This document shows positions 9,504 through 22,339 of a stretch of DNA of 64,000 nt, piece by piece. The first letter of the stretch is position 1; each line of letters begins with the position of its first letter. A model generated the notes under the pieces. It was given only the letters and a program-made list of their open reading frames with translations. It did no database searches and was not told the DNA's origin. Position numbers and translations under genes: made by a program. Origin of the DNA: Candidatus Aminicenantes bacterium (lineage in GTDB: Bacteria > Acidobacteriota > Aminicenantia > Aminicenantales > JAFGAV01); NCBI GenBank assembly GCA_963705895.1, contig OY970122.1:2914774-2978773 (forward strand), written 5' to 3'.

Positions 9504-11084
9504 TCAGGCGGGAGTTCTTGGGAGCTTCAGGGCCGGCTTCATCGCCGCCGAAGCCGCAGGATTCGGCGCGATGATGACCGTCACGGACGCCGAATTGTTG
9601 GACGCAACCAGGTCCAACTCGTTCAGGGCGCTCACGCTGGCCGTATTCTTTGCTTTTCCCGTGCTGACCGCCCTGACCGTGATCGTTAGGGTCGCCGCGG
9701 CGCCTTTGGCCAGGGAGCCGATACTCCAGACCCCGCTGCCCGGCTTATAAGTCCCCTGGGACGCGGACGACGAGACATAGCTCAGGCGCGCTGGAAGCCG
9801 GTCGGTGACCTTGAGGCCTGTGGCTGCATCCGGGCCCTTGTTCGTGGCGGTGATGGTGAAATTGAACTCATCGTCCTGCACGGGCGCGAGGTTATCGCTG
9901 GATTTGGAGACATCGATATTCGCCGCCGGTGGATTGAAGGAAAAGATCGTGCCGACACCCTGCGCCCCTCCTAGGTTTGTCATTCCATAGAGCATGGCTC
10001 CGCCGGACACCAGCGACCCCATCGGGGTATCCCCATCCGCTTCGTCGTAGCTGTCAAACGAATGAAGATAAACGGATCCCGTTCCGTCCGCATTGATCTT
10101 GAATATCGTCCCGCAAAGATGGGCGCCGCCGGAGCTGGTCATTCCGTACAACGTAGAACCGTTGAATATCAGTGAACCCTTCGGCAGATTTCCATGGAAG
10201 CCGCCGGCAAAAGAATAAAGTAGGCTGAATCCCGTGCCGTTTGTATTGATCTTAAATATCGTCCCATTGTCGCTCGCGCCTCCCATAAACGTCATTCCAT
10301 ACAAGGCAGAGCTGCTCGAAACCAGGGCGCCCAAGGGGCGGGATCCATCGGACGGGGCGCCGGCGAACGAATGAAGCACGCGGAATCCGGTGCCGTCCGT
10401 GTTGATCTTGAAGATCGTTCCGCCGTCGGAACCGCCGCCGAAGTAAGTCATTCCGTACATGGTCGAGCCACAGAGGACGAGCGATCCGTACGGCTTTTCC
10501 CCGTCGGCCGGGGCGCCGGCGAATGAATGAAGTACTAAGAATCCGGTGCCGTTCGTATCGATCTTAAATACCGTGCCGTCGCTGTTGGCGCCCGAGTCGG
10601 ACGTCATGCCGTATAAAGTCGCTCCGCTCACGATCAGAGAACCGAAAGGGTATCTTCCTTCGCCGGAGACTCCGGAGAAGGAGTGGAGGAGCCCGAATCC
10701 CGTGCCGTCCGTGTTGATCTTGAATATCGTCCCGGCGTCGGAACTGCCGCCAAGGCAAGTCATCCCGTACAGGGTCGAGCCTCTGAGGACGAGTGATCCG
10801 AGGGGAGTTTTTCCGTCGGAGGAGCCCCCGGCGAACGAATGGAGCAGGCGGAATCCCGTGCCGTCCGTATTGACCCGGAATATTGCGCCCATAGAGCTCC
10901 CTCCGCCTTTCGCGGTCATGCCGCAAAGGGTGGAACCGTCCAAAATGAGCGAGTCACAAGGATATGACCCGTCCAATGAAGCGCCGGCAAACGAATGGAG
11001 CAGCCTGAAATGCGCCGAAAAAAGCGGGGCGGCGAGGACGACCCCTAGGATCAAAGCCAGGCCGATCTTCCTTTTGTTGATCAT
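9504..11084 (-). CDS. Secreted tandem-repeat surface protein: signal peptide + 7x approx. 50-aa GloVer-like repeats + C-terminal DUF11 (conserved repeat domain)
   Basis: Start ATG at 11084 preceded by AGGGAGGGG. Signal peptide MINKRKIGLALILGVVLAAPLFSA. Seven repeats of the form F.LLHSFAG...DG..P.GSLV..GSTLYGMT..GG...GTIFKINTDGTG. C-terminal ...TITATNKGPDAATGLKVTD...NTASVSA.N..D.V.SNNSASV resembles DUF11. Confidence 0.85.
   Translation of the reverse strand: MINKRKIGLALILGVVLAAPLFSAHFRLLHSFAGASLDGSYPCDSLILDGSTLCGMTAKGGGSSMGAIFRVNTDGTGFRLLHSFAGGSSDGKTPLGSLVLRGSTLYGMTCLGGSSDAGTIFKINTDGTGFGLLHSFSGVSGEGRYPFGSLIVSGATLYGMTSDSGANSDGTVFKIDTNGTGFLVLHSFAGAPADGEKPYGSLVLCGSTMYGMTYFGGGSDGGTIFKINTDGTGFRVLHSFAGAPSDGSRPLGALVSSSSALYGMTFMGGASDNGTIFKINTNGTGFSLLYSFAGGFHGNLPKGSLIFNGSTLYGMTSSGGAHLCGTIFKINADGTGSVYLHSFDSYDEADGDTPMGSLVSGGAMLYGMTNLGGAQGVGTIFSFNPPAANIDVSKSSDNLAPVQDDEFNFTITATNKGPDAATGLKVTDRLPARLSYVSSSASQGTYKPGSGVWSIGSLAKGAAATLTITVRAVSTGKAKNTASVSALNELDLVASNNSASVTVIIAPNPAASAAMKPALKLPRTPA
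9915..11009 (-). repeat. Seven in-frame tandem approx. 150-bp coding repeats (GloVer-like) inside the surface-protein gene
   Basis: Periodicity read directly from the translated product. Confidence 0.7.
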
Positions 11085-11199
11085 TTTTTCCCCTCCCTGT
11101 GGATCAAGGGGAGCACGGTTCTCCACGTCGTCAAGAGCGGATTCACTTTCCCCTACAGAAAATAGTTGCAAAATTCGGGTCCTGTGTCAAGGAGCATGA

Positions 11200-11228
11200 T
11201 TGACATCCTGCGCGATATTCGCTTAAAA
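11200..11228 (+). promoter_or_regulatory. Sigma70-like promoter (TTGACA-N17-TTAAAA) upstream of the receiver gene
   Basis: TTGACA at 11200-11205, 17-nt spacer, TTAAAAT at 11223-11229, ATG at 11246. A minus-strand TTGACA at 11186-11191 suggests a divergent promoter for the surface-protein gene. Confidence 0.4.
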
Positions 11229-11245
11229 TCGAAGGCGCAGGGACA

Positions 11246-11713
11246 ATGGCCGTCAAAAAGATCCTGATCGTTGATTTCAACCCCCAAAGTCTGGAGGCTA
11301 TGGTCCAGCTTTTCAAGCCCTATAAATTCCAGATCATCAAGGCTTCGGACGGCGCTGAAGCCTATGAAAAGTTCAAAGAGGAAAATCCCGACCTCGTCAT
11401 CGTGGAAGCCATCCTGCCCAAGCTCGACGGGTTCCAGCTGACCGAGAAGATCACCCATGAGACCAAGGGCCGCATTCCCGTGATCATCGTCACCGGCGTT
11501 TATCGCGGGCCCCAGTATCGGCGCGAAGCCCTGGCCAGTTTCGGGGCGGCTGATTATTTTGAAAAGCCGTTCGACAAGGAAAAACTCATCAATTCCGCCC
11601 TCAACCTCCTCAAGGAGGAGTCCGAGATCTGGGTGGACCTTCCCAGCCCGGAATCGGTGGCCGAATTTTTACATCGTAAGCTGGAAAACCCGCCCAAGGC
11701 CAGCAAAAGCTAA
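11246..11713 (+). CDS. Single-domain response-regulator receiver (CheY-like) with Glu in place of the phospho-acceptor Asp (atypical/pseudo-receiver)
   Basis: KILIVDFNPQ...DLVIVEAILPKLDGF...VIIVTG...FEKPF. Aligned to CheY: D12 kept, D13->F, D57->E, T87 kept, K109 kept. Confidence 0.8.
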   Translation: MAVKKILIVDFNPQSLEAMVQLFKPYKFQIIKASDGAEAYEKFKEENPDLVIVEAILPKLDGFQLTEKITHETKGRIPVIIVTGVYRGPQYRREALASFGAADYFEKPFDKEKLINSALNLLKEESEIWVDLPSPESVAEFLHRKLENPPKASKS

Positions 11714-11723
11714 GCGGTTTGTG

Positions 11724-11766
11724 TTCCGGACCGGCCCGGGCCACGGGGTCCGGCGGTTTCGGGTTT
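11724..11766 (+). terminator. Possible GC-rich hairpin followed by a T-rich tract after the receiver gene
   Basis: CCGGACC...GGTCCGG stem with internal palindrome GGCCCGGGCC, followed by CGGTTTCGGGTTTG. Confidence 0.25.
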
Positions 11767-11838
11767 GACTTTTGCCGAAGAATGAGGGTAGCATGCGGCT
11801 GCCCTGAAATATCATTGAGCAAAGGAAGAAGGTCGAAA

Positions 11839-12642
11839 ATGGCTGATTCGGCTTTGTGGACGAGATGCAATCACTGCGGGAAGATCCTCTATGTCCAGGA
11901 CATCGTCGAAAACATCTCGGTCTGCCCCGCGTGCAACTTTCACTTCCGGCTGTCGGGGCTCGACCGGCTGGCCGCCCTGTTGGATGACGGCCATTACCAG
12001 CTCATCGATGAGAACATCTTTCCCGTGGACCGCTTGAATTTCGTGGACAGCATCAAGTACTCCCAGCGGCTTGAGGACAGCCAGAAGAAGACCGGGCTGG
12101 TCGAGGCCGTGATCAACGCCACGGGCAACATGGGCGGGATCGAGGTCATCATCTGCTCCATGGACTTCACTTTCATGGGGGGGAGCATGGGCTCGGTCGT
12201 GGGGGAGAAGATCACTCGGGCCATCGAGCGGGCCCATCAGGAAAAGAAACCCCTGCTCATCGTCTCCTGCTCGGGCGGGGCGCGGATGCAGGAGGGCGTC
12301 CTGTCGCTCATGCAGCTCCTCAAGACGAGCGCCGCTCTGGCCAAGCTCGACCGGGACGGCATCCCCTATATCTCGGTCCTGACCGACCCCACCACCGGCG
12401 GCACCACGGCCAGCTTTGCCATGCTGGGGGACATCAACGTGGCCGAGCCGAACGCTCTCATCGGTTTCGCCGGCCCGCGGGTCATCGAGCAGACGATCAA
12501 AGAAAAGCTGCCCAAGGGCTTTCAGCGCTCGGAGTTCCTCCTCAAACACGGCATGGTCGATGACGTCGTGGAGCGCAAGGTGCTTCGCCGGTATCTCATC
12601 CGGGCGCTCCGGCTGTTCCTTAACCGGCCTCCGGCCGCATGA
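11839..12642 (+). CDS. accD: Acetyl-CoA carboxylase carboxyltransferase beta subunit
   Basis: N-terminal Zn-ribbon CNHCGK...CPACNFH and carboxyltransferase core GGSMGSVVGEKI...CSGGARMQEG. ATG at 11839 with AAGGAAGAAGG upstream. Confidence 0.9.
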   Translation: MADSALWTRCNHCGKILYVQDIVENISVCPACNFHFRLSGLDRLAALLDDGHYQLIDENIFPVDRLNFVDSIKYSQRLEDSQKKTGLVEAVINATGNMGGIEVIICSMDFTFMGGSMGSVVGEKITRAIERAHQEKKPLLIVSCSGGARMQEGVLSLMQLLKTSAALAKLDRDGIPYISVLTDPTTGGTTASFAMLGDINVAEPNALIGFAGPRVIEQTIKEKLPKGFQRSEFLLKHGMVDDVVERKVLRRYLIRALRLFLNRPPAA

Positions 12643-13946
12643 ACCCCCGGGAGTGCCGCTCCTACCTGGAGCGGGTTGAGGTTTACGGCATCAAGTTCGG
12701 CCTGGACAACATCGGGGCCGTGCTGGATGATCTGGGTCGGCCGCAGGATTCATTCCCCTCCATTCATGTCGCCGGGACCAACGGCAAGGGATCGGTCTGC
12801 GCCATGCTGACCGAGGTCCTTGCCCGCCACGGCCTCCGGATCGGGCTTTACACTTCGCCCCACCTCGTCTCCGTCGAGGAGAGGATCCGCCTGGGTCACC
12901 GGCCGATCGCCTCCCGGGATTTTTGCCGCCTTCTCGCCCGAGTCAAGAGATCCTGCGACCGGCTCCTTCGCGATGGGAAGCTGGCCGCGCCCCTGACCTA
13001 TTTCGAGCACTTGACGGCTATGGCCTTTCTCTATTTCCAGGAAAAACGCGTGGACGCGGCGGTCCTGGAAGTGGGGATGGGCGGACGGCTTGACGCCACG
13101 AACGTCGTCCGTCCGCTCGTTTCGGTCATCACTTCGATCGGGCTTGACCATCAGAAATTCCTGGGCGGGACCCTGGCCAAGATTGCGGCGGAGAAAGCGG
13201 GCATCATCAAGCCCGGTATCCCCGTCGTCTGCGGAGTGAATGACGGAACGGCCGAGCGGGTGATCCGCAGGAAGGCCCGGGAGGCCGGGGCGGAGTTCGT
13301 CGGAGTTTTTGACCCCCCGAACCGAATCCGGTCGGAGAGAATCGGATCGGGCTTCCGGTTCACGTTCGTCCACGCCGGAGAAACGTTTCGCTTCAAACCC
13401 CGACTGGCGGGCCTGCACCAGGGCCGCAATGCGGCCACGGCTCTGGCCGCAGCTTCGGTGCTCGACCGGACCTGGCGCAAACTCGAGCGTCGAAAGATCA
13501 TCCAAGGCATCGAGCAAGCCTCCTGGCCCGGCCGGCTCGAGGTCTTCGGCCGCTCCCCCCTGGTCATTCTTGACGGCGCGCACAACGAGGAAGGAGCGGG
13601 GGTCCTGGCCGCCTACGTCCGGGATTTTATGCCCAAGCCGGTCCATTTGGTCTTTGCCGTGATGCGCGATAAGGATTTTCGGCCTATCGTCCGCCTGCTT
13701 TTTCCCCAAGCCCGAAAGATCATCCTGACTACGATCCCTTTTCATCGGGCGGCCGCGCCCGAGGAGATCCTCCGCAAGTCCGGCGGGTTTCGGAGAAGGA
13801 TCTCTCTCGAGGCCGATTTTCGCAGAGCCCTGACCCAGGCCCGAGCGGCGGCCTGGGCGGCCGGCGGAAGCGTCCTCGTGGCGGGCTCACTGTTCCTCGT
13901 CGGCGAAGTCAAGAAGCAGAAGCTCGCGGCGGCGAGGGAGTTCTGA
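12639..13946 (+). CDS. folC: Bifunctional folylpolyglutamate synthase/dihydrofolate synthase
   Basis: P-loop HVAGTNGKGS, Mur-ligase middle and C-terminal domains. ATGA overlap with accD; this is the classic accD-folC linkage. Confidence 0.9.
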   Translation: MNPRECRSYLERVEVYGIKFGLDNIGAVLDDLGRPQDSFPSIHVAGTNGKGSVCAMLTEVLARHGLRIGLYTSPHLVSVEERIRLGHRPIASRDFCRLLARVKRSCDRLLRDGKLAAPLTYFEHLTAMAFLYFQEKRVDAAVLEVGMGGRLDATNVVRPLVSVITSIGLDHQKFLGGTLAKIAAEKAGIIKPGIPVVCGVNDGTAERVIRRKAREAGAEFVGVFDPPNRIRSERIGSGFRFTFVHAGETFRFKPRLAGLHQGRNAATALAAASVLDRTWRKLERRKIIQGIEQASWPGRLEVFGRSPLVILDGAHNEEGAGVLAAYVRDFMPKPVHLVFAVMRDKDFRPIVRLLFPQARKIILTTIPFHRAAAPEEILRKSGGFRRRISLEADFRRALTQARAAAWAAGGSVLVAGSLFLVGEVKKQKLAAAREF

Positions 13947-13990
13947 CCCGATGCGTTCCCAGGATCCGCTCCCGACGCGATCGGGGCCGC

Positions 13991-14019
13991 TTGACAAGCC
14001 GATTTTCATAATGTAATGT
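13991..14019 (+). promoter_or_regulatory. Sigma70-like promoter TTGACA-N17-TAATGT upstream of the S8 protease
   Basis: Read directly from the sequence; ATG at 14049. Confidence 0.35.
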
Positions 14020-14048
14020 TCGCACGCCTGGGTCGATAGAGAATCGTA

Positions 14049-15518
14049 ATGACACCATCCGCTCCGCGACCGCCATCGAAAGAGAAACGACAGTCCCTCA
14101 TTTCCGCGAGTCCATTCCGGTCGTCCGTCCCGAAGCTCATCGTGAGCGCCTGCCTATTCGCCGCGCTCATCATGGCTGCCGGCTCGCTCTTCTTCGGCTC
14201 CGCCATGGAATCGCCGGTCATCACTTCCTACCGGGGCGCGCCCTGCGTCGAGGGCGAGATCCTGGTAAAATTCGAGCCCGCGGCCAGCTTGTCCGAGGTC
14301 CGCGGTCTCATGCGCCTCCTGCGGAGCCAGGACCTCGAAGTGATCCCGGGCATCGGCGTCCACCGGCTGAAGCTCCCCGGCGGGGGCGGGCTCGCGGCCA
14401 GCCTCGACGCCCTGCGCCGTGACCCGCGCGTGGAGTATGCGGAACCCGATTATTGCCTGCACCTGGCTTCCACGGTTCCGGATGATCCCATGTTCAGCTA
14501 TCAGTGGGCGCTCCGAAACACCGGCCAGGCCATCGCCCCCCCGGACTTCCATCTTCCGAGCGGCACGTCCGGAGCGGACATCAAGGCCTGTGAGGCCTGG
14601 GACATCTTCCAGGGCAGTTCGGCGACGCTCGTCGGCGTCGTCGACACCGGCGTAGACCTGACGCATCCCGAACTCATCAACCGCATCGAATCCCCGGGAA
14701 TCGACTTTCCGAACAATGACCAATCGGCCCAGGACGATCATGGCCATGGAACGCACGTGTCCGGCATCATCGCCGGAGAGGCGAACAACGGCCTCGGGAT
14801 CTCGGGCGTCAACTGGAACGTCCGGATACTTCCGGCCAAGGTCTTCAACCGAAACGCCGTCGGCCAGACTTCTTGGGTGGCCAACGGCATCATCTATGTC
14901 GCGTCGCACGGGGCGCGCGTCATCAACATGAGCTTGGGCGGCCGCGATGTCGTCGTCAATCAAACCCTGGAGTCGGCCATCAAGTTCGCCTATGACCGGG
15001 ACGTGGTCCTCGTCGCCGCGGCGGGCAACAACGGAACCGCCGGGGTCTGGTATCCCGCCGCCTACGAGCCCTATGTCATCGCCGTCGCGGCCACCGACCA
15101 GAACGACGGGCGCGTCAGCCTGGAATCGACGAACGGACTGTTCGGCTCGAATTTCGGGCCGGAAGTGGATGTGGGCGCGCCGGGAATCGACATTCTCAGC
15201 ACCTGGCCCATCGGTCTCTGGCAGCGCGGGCATCCGGGCTTCCCGGGGTATGTTTACCAATACGGGACATCCCAGGCCACGGCGTATGTCTCCGGCCTGG
15301 CCGCCCTCATCATTTCTTTCCGTCCCGACCTGCACAATCGGGAAGTCATGGACATCATCCGCTGGTCCGCCGACGACGTCAACGCGGCGACGCTCCCCGG
15401 CCGCGACGATTATCTGGGCTATGGCCGGATCAATGCCGCCAGGGCACTGACCCTGGCCGCCCTCTGGGATATTCTTAGGGGATGGATTTTTCCGCTTCGC
15501 CTCGTGGCCGGGTTCTAG
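14049..15518 (+). CDS. Secreted subtilisin-like serine protease (peptidase S8) with N-terminal I9 propeptide
   Basis: Catalytic triad motifs VGVVDTGVD, HGHGTHVSG, GTSQATAYVSG. N-terminal hydrophobic segment. Confidence 0.9.
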   Translation: MTPSAPRPPSKEKRQSLISASPFRSSVPKLIVSACLFAALIMAAGSLFFGSAMESPVITSYRGAPCVEGEILVKFEPAASLSEVRGLMRLLRSQDLEVIPGIGVHRLKLPGGGGLAASLDALRRDPRVEYAEPDYCLHLASTVPDDPMFSYQWALRNTGQAIAPPDFHLPSGTSGADIKACEAWDIFQGSSATLVGVVDTGVDLTHPELINRIESPGIDFPNNDQSAQDDHGHGTHVSGIIAGEANNGLGISGVNWNVRILPAKVFNRNAVGQTSWVANGIIYVASHGARVINMSLGGRDVVVNQTLESAIKFAYDRDVVLVAAAGNNGTAGVWYPAAYEPYVIAVAATDQNDGRVSLESTNGLFGSNFGPEVDVGAPGIDILSTWPIGLWQRGHPGFPGYVYQYGTSQATAYVSGLAALIISFRPDLHNREVMDIIRWSADDVNAATLPGRDDYLGYGRINAARALTLAALWDILRGWIFPLRLVAGF

Positions 15519-15665
15519 GCCGGAAGACCCTGACCTTTATTGGCCTCGGAGCTGAGCGCCCGCCTCTTTGCCCCAATGAACCAGGCGATTATTCAACTGC
15601 GGACGGAACTCTGCTGAGATGAAAGAGAACGAATGACTGTCGTGTCCCTGGAGGGCGAGCCTTCT

Positions 15666-16523
15666 TTAAAGATTGACCTTGAACCCGAGCGTGGCGGCCA
15701 CCCCCGTGAAATCAAAATGGCCCCGGCGGGCGTTCGAGATATCCGGATTCTTGGGCTCATAGGCCTGGAATGATGTCTGGGGGTAGGATTTTTCGCCCGC
15801 GACAAACTCGTAGTACCATAAGTACTGGCCCGGCACGCTCACGGAATAGGGCGATCCGAAAAATGACCCGCTGACATTTCCGTCGCCCTTGATGTTGTTT
15901 GCCCGTGCGTATCGGCCCCGCACGTCGAGGACGACCGCCAGTCGACGGCCGAGCGAGACTTCCACTCCCAATCCGCCTTGGAATCCGAGGACGGCCTTGT
16001 CGGCCGTGAAAAGGGAATCGAAGTTCCAGTCGAACTGCGTGGAGCTATAAAGATTCTCATAGCTGAAGTGGCAGAGATAAACGCCGGCGCCGGCGCCGAG
16101 GTTCAGCCTGACCGGACCCAGCGGAAAAAAATAATGAAGGTTGAGGGTCACGGGGACCGCGGAGAACCGCGGGTGGACGGTGAGAGTGTCATGGAATGTC
16201 GCCGCGGGGATCCTCCAATCATATTCGATGGTGCTCTTTTCGCTCGTCGAGAGATACCCGACGCCGATTCCCACGCTGAAACGGCGCGTGATGTCATAAC
16301 CGGCTTCGAATTGGAGTTCTAGGGCCCGGTCGAGCTTGGCCAGAACTCCGCTGACGTTCGTATAGAGGACGCGGAACAGGTCGTTCGAGCCCGGCACGCT
16401 TCGGTTATAGTCGCCTCCATTGATCGTGGCGACACCGCCTCCAGCCTTCAGCCAAAAGCTGCCGGGAAAGGCCGTGAGGGAACACGCCAGGCACAGGCTC
16501 GTCGTCAGTAGAAGTTTTCTCAT
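15666..16523 (-). CDS. Putative outer-membrane beta-barrel protein with signal peptide
   Basis: Signal MRKLLLTTSLCLACSLTAF followed by alternating amphipathic beta-strand pattern rich in G/Y/S. Confidence 0.55.
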   Translation of the reverse strand: MRKLLLTTSLCLACSLTAFPGSFWLKAGGGVATINGGDYNRSVPGSNDLFRVLYTNVSGVLAKLDRALELQFEAGYDITRRFSVGIGVGYLSTSEKSTIEYDWRIPAATFHDTLTVHPRFSAVPVTLNLHYFFPLGPVRLNLGAGAGVYLCHFSYENLYSSTQFDWNFDSLFTADKAVLGFQGGLGVEVSLGRRLAVVLDVRGRYARANNIKGDGNVSGSFFGSPYSVSVPGQYLWYYEFVAGEKSYPQTSFQAYEPKNPDISNARRGHFDFTGVAATLGFKVNL

Positions 16524-16675
16524 GAACTCTTCCTTTCCGGAACGAAATTTAACAGCGCGGGTTTATTTTGTCAACAAAGGGACGGAAGAGACCGCCGCCC
16601 GGCTTGCTTTTTCTTAGGAAAAATGACAAAATTTTCCTTCGAACTTGACCCGATCAGAATATCCGGGTTGAAAAC

Positions 16676-17092
16676 ATGCTGAACATTGATGCGACCTTTC
16701 TTGTCGTTTTCGTCATCATCTGGATCCTCGTCTTCGTGCTGAATAAGGTGTTTTTCAATCCCATGAAGAGGATCCGTGATGTGCGTCGGGGCGAGCTCGA
16801 CCGGAATCAAGGCACGGCCCGCCGGTCTCTCGAAGAATATGATCGAACTCTGGAGCGCCTGGAACAATCCCTTCGGGAAGCCCGGTCACAAGCGGACCGG
16901 ACGCGGGAGTCCCTGAGCGCCGAAGCCCTGAAGGAAAAGGCCAAGCTCTTGGAGGACCTTGGCGCCGAGTACCGGCGCAACGTGGAAAAAGCCAAGGAGG
17001 ACCTCCGGAGCGAACTGCAGGGCCTCAAGCGGGACATGGACTCTCAAGTGGAATCCCTCGCTCGAAAGATCGAGGAAAGGCTGGTCTCTTGA
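16676..17092 (+). CDS. F-type ATP synthase subunit b' (second b-type stator subunit)
   Basis: Single N-terminal TM then a long charged coiled-coil (EYDRTLERLEQSLREARSQADR...). Confidence 0.8.
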   Translation: MLNIDATFLVVFVIIWILVFVLNKVFFNPMKRIRDVRRGELDRNQGTARRSLEEYDRTLERLEQSLREARSQADRTRESLSAEALKEKAKLLEDLGAEYRRNVEKAKEDLRSELQGLKRDMDSQVESLARKIEERLVS

Positions 17093-17709
17093 GGCTCCCC
17101 AAGCGCGCGTTGGCCCTTCTCGCGGTTCTGATTATTTTCATGGCGTCTGGGTTCGTCCAGGCCGCGGAGAAAGGCCCGGCCCGGCACTCCTCCTCCGCTG
17201 ATTTCCTGGGCAAGGTCATCAATTTCGTCCTCCTTTTCGGCACGCTGGGCTACGTCCTTCGCAAGCCCCTCGGCAAATTCCTGGCGGATCGCGTCGCGCT
17301 CGTTCGGTCCGGCCTGAAAAGCGCCGAGGAGACGGCCCTCCAGGCCCAGGCCAAACTGCGCTCGATCGAGGACCGGACGGGAACTCTCGAGTCCGAGGTC
17401 GAGGCCATGGAGACGAAGGCTGAGACCGACGGCCGGACGGAGATGGACCGCATCATGCAGGCGGCGCGCCGGGAAGCCGCTCGGCTCCAGGAGTTCTCCG
17501 AGCAGGAGATCGAAGCCCAGGTGAGGGCAGGGGTCCGCCAGCTCAAGGAGTACGCCGCGGACAAAGCCCTGGCCCTGGCCCTTGACCGCGTGCGCGCCAA
17601 GCTCACGCCCGACGCCCAAAGTCGGCTCGTTGACGCGTCCATCGAAAAATTGGCTGAGGTCCATGAAAAAAGAGATTCTCGTCCAGCGCTACGGCCACGG
17701 ACTCATTGA
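17089..17709 (+). CDS. atpF: F-type ATP synthase subunit b
   Basis: N-terminal membrane anchor then an A/E/R-rich helical stalk. ATGA overlap with the b' gene. Confidence 0.8.
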   Translation: MRLPKRALALLAVLIIFMASGFVQAAEKGPARHSSSADFLGKVINFVLLFGTLGYVLRKPLGKFLADRVALVRSGLKSAEETALQAQAKLRSIEDRTGTLESEVEAMETKAETDGRTEMDRIMQAARREAARLQEFSEQEIEAQVRAGVRQLKEYAADKALALALDRVRAKLTPDAQSRLVDASIEKLAEVHEKRDSRPALRPRTH

Positions 17710-18205
17710 CGCCCTCCGCGGCGAAGCGGAGTTCCAGGCCGTCCTCGGGGAAATCAAGGACATGTCCGGGCTTTTTTTCACACCCGGAGCGCTCGAGGAC
17801 TTTCTGGCCAGCCCTTTCGTGGTCAAGTCCAAAAAGGCCCGGGCCCTGAGGGACATCTTGTCCCGGGCGGCGCTCAACCCCAAGACGACGCGCTTCTTGC
17901 TCCTCCTCCTGGACAAGGGCCGGCTGGAGCTTTTGCCGGAGATCGTCGAGATCCTGCCCGAGCTTTGGAACGAGAGCCGCGGCGTGCTCACGGCCCGGGT
18001 CGCCTCGGCCGTGCCCCTGAGCGACGCCCAGCGCCGACGCCTGACCGAGCGGCTGGAGCAGCTCGAGGGCCGGCCGGTGTCCCTGACTTGCGCCATCGAC
18101 CCGACGCTCGTCGGCGGCCTGACGGTAACCGTGAACCACCAGGTCTATGACATTTCGATCAAAGGCCGGGCGGAAAAGCTCATGGAAATCATCACCGAAG
18201 GATAA
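17663..18205 (+). CDS. atpH: F-type ATP synthase subunit delta (OSCP)
   Basis: MKKEILVQRYGHGLIDAL...LTCAIDPTLVGGLTVTVNHQVYDISIKGR. ATG at 17663 lies 47 nt inside the end of the b gene. Confidence 0.8.
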   Translation: MKKEILVQRYGHGLIDALRGEAEFQAVLGEIKDMSGLFFTPGALEDFLASPFVVKSKKARALRDILSRAALNPKTTRFLLLLLDKGRLELLPEIVEILPELWNESRGVLTARVASAVPLSDAQRRRLTERLEQLEGRPVSLTCAIDPTLVGGLTVTVNHQVYDISIKGRAEKLMEIITEG

Positions 18206-18211
18206 AGGCCC

Positions 18212-19732
<1,521 letters not shown>

Positions 19733-19745
19733 GCCGAGGAACCCC

Positions 19746-20603
19746 ATGCCCGCCCTGATCGACCTCCGGCGCCGCATTAAAAGCGTGCGCAACACCCAGC
19801 AGATCACCAAGGCCATGAAGACCGTCTCAACGGCCAAGTTCAAGAAGGCCCAGCGGCTGGTCTTGGAGAGCCGGCCCTGGTGGCATCTCTACCCCGAATT
19901 CATGTCTCGGGTGGCCGGCGGACTGGACCCTCGATCGCATCCCCTGCTCGAAGTGCGCCCGGAGAAGAAGATCCTGGGGGTCGTCTTGACCTCGGACAAG
20001 GGCCTGTGCGGCGCGTTCAATTCGAACCTTCTGGCCGCCGCCCAGAAGTTCTTTAAGGATAAGTCGCAGGCGTCCGAAGTTCGGCTGACGCTCATCGGAA
20101 AGAAGGCGGTCGCCCATTTCAAACGACAACCCTTCCCCGTCGACCTAGCTCTATCGGAGAAAGTGGACAAGATCCCGCTGACCGCCCTGAAGGAGATCGC
20201 TCGAGGGCTGATGCGGCGCTTCGCGTACTATCGCACCGACGCCGTCTACGTGGCCTATAACGAATTCAAGTCCATTCTCTCCCCGAGGGTGACAATCGTC
20301 CGTCTCCTGCCGGTGCGTCCGAACAAGGATAAGGCGGCCGGTCCGCCGCAAGGCTGGGAACCCGAGGCCGATGTCCTTCTCCGGTCCCTTCTGCCCATGT
20401 TCGTCGAGCACCAGCTTTATCATTGTTTCTTCGAATCCCAGGCCGCCGAGCAGGCCGCCCGGATGATGGCCATGGACAACGCCACTCAGAACGCCGAGGA
20501 CCTCATCGGCCGGCTGGTCCTGTACCTGAACAAGGTTCGCCAGGCGTCCATTACCAAGGAGCTGTTGGAGATCATGACCGCGGTCGAAGCGCTGTCCAAA
20601 TAG
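19746..20603 (+). CDS. atpG: F-type ATP synthase subunit gamma
   Basis: N-terminal MPALIDLRRRIKSVRNTQQITKAMKTVSTAKF and C-terminal coiled-coil LNKVRQASITKELLEI. Confidence 0.95.
   Translation: MPALIDLRRRIKSVRNTQQITKAMKTVSTAKFKKAQRLVLESRPWWHLYPEFMSRVAGGLDPRSHPLLEVRPEKKILGVVLTSDKGLCGAFNSNLLAAAQKFFKDKSQASEVRLTLIGKKAVAHFKRQPFPVDLALSEKVDKIPLTALKEIARGLMRRFAYYRTDAVYVAYNEFKSILSPRVTIVRLLPVRPNKDKAAGPPQGWEPEADVLLRSLLPMFVEHQLYHCFFESQAAEQAARMMAMDNATQNAEDLIGRLVLYLNKVRQASITKELLEIMTAVEALSK

Positions 20604-22310
<1,707 letters not shown>

Positions 22311-22339
<29 letters not shown>

Noticed and set aside
12750-13745. 331-aa minus-strand ORF
   Set aside because: Antisense to folC.
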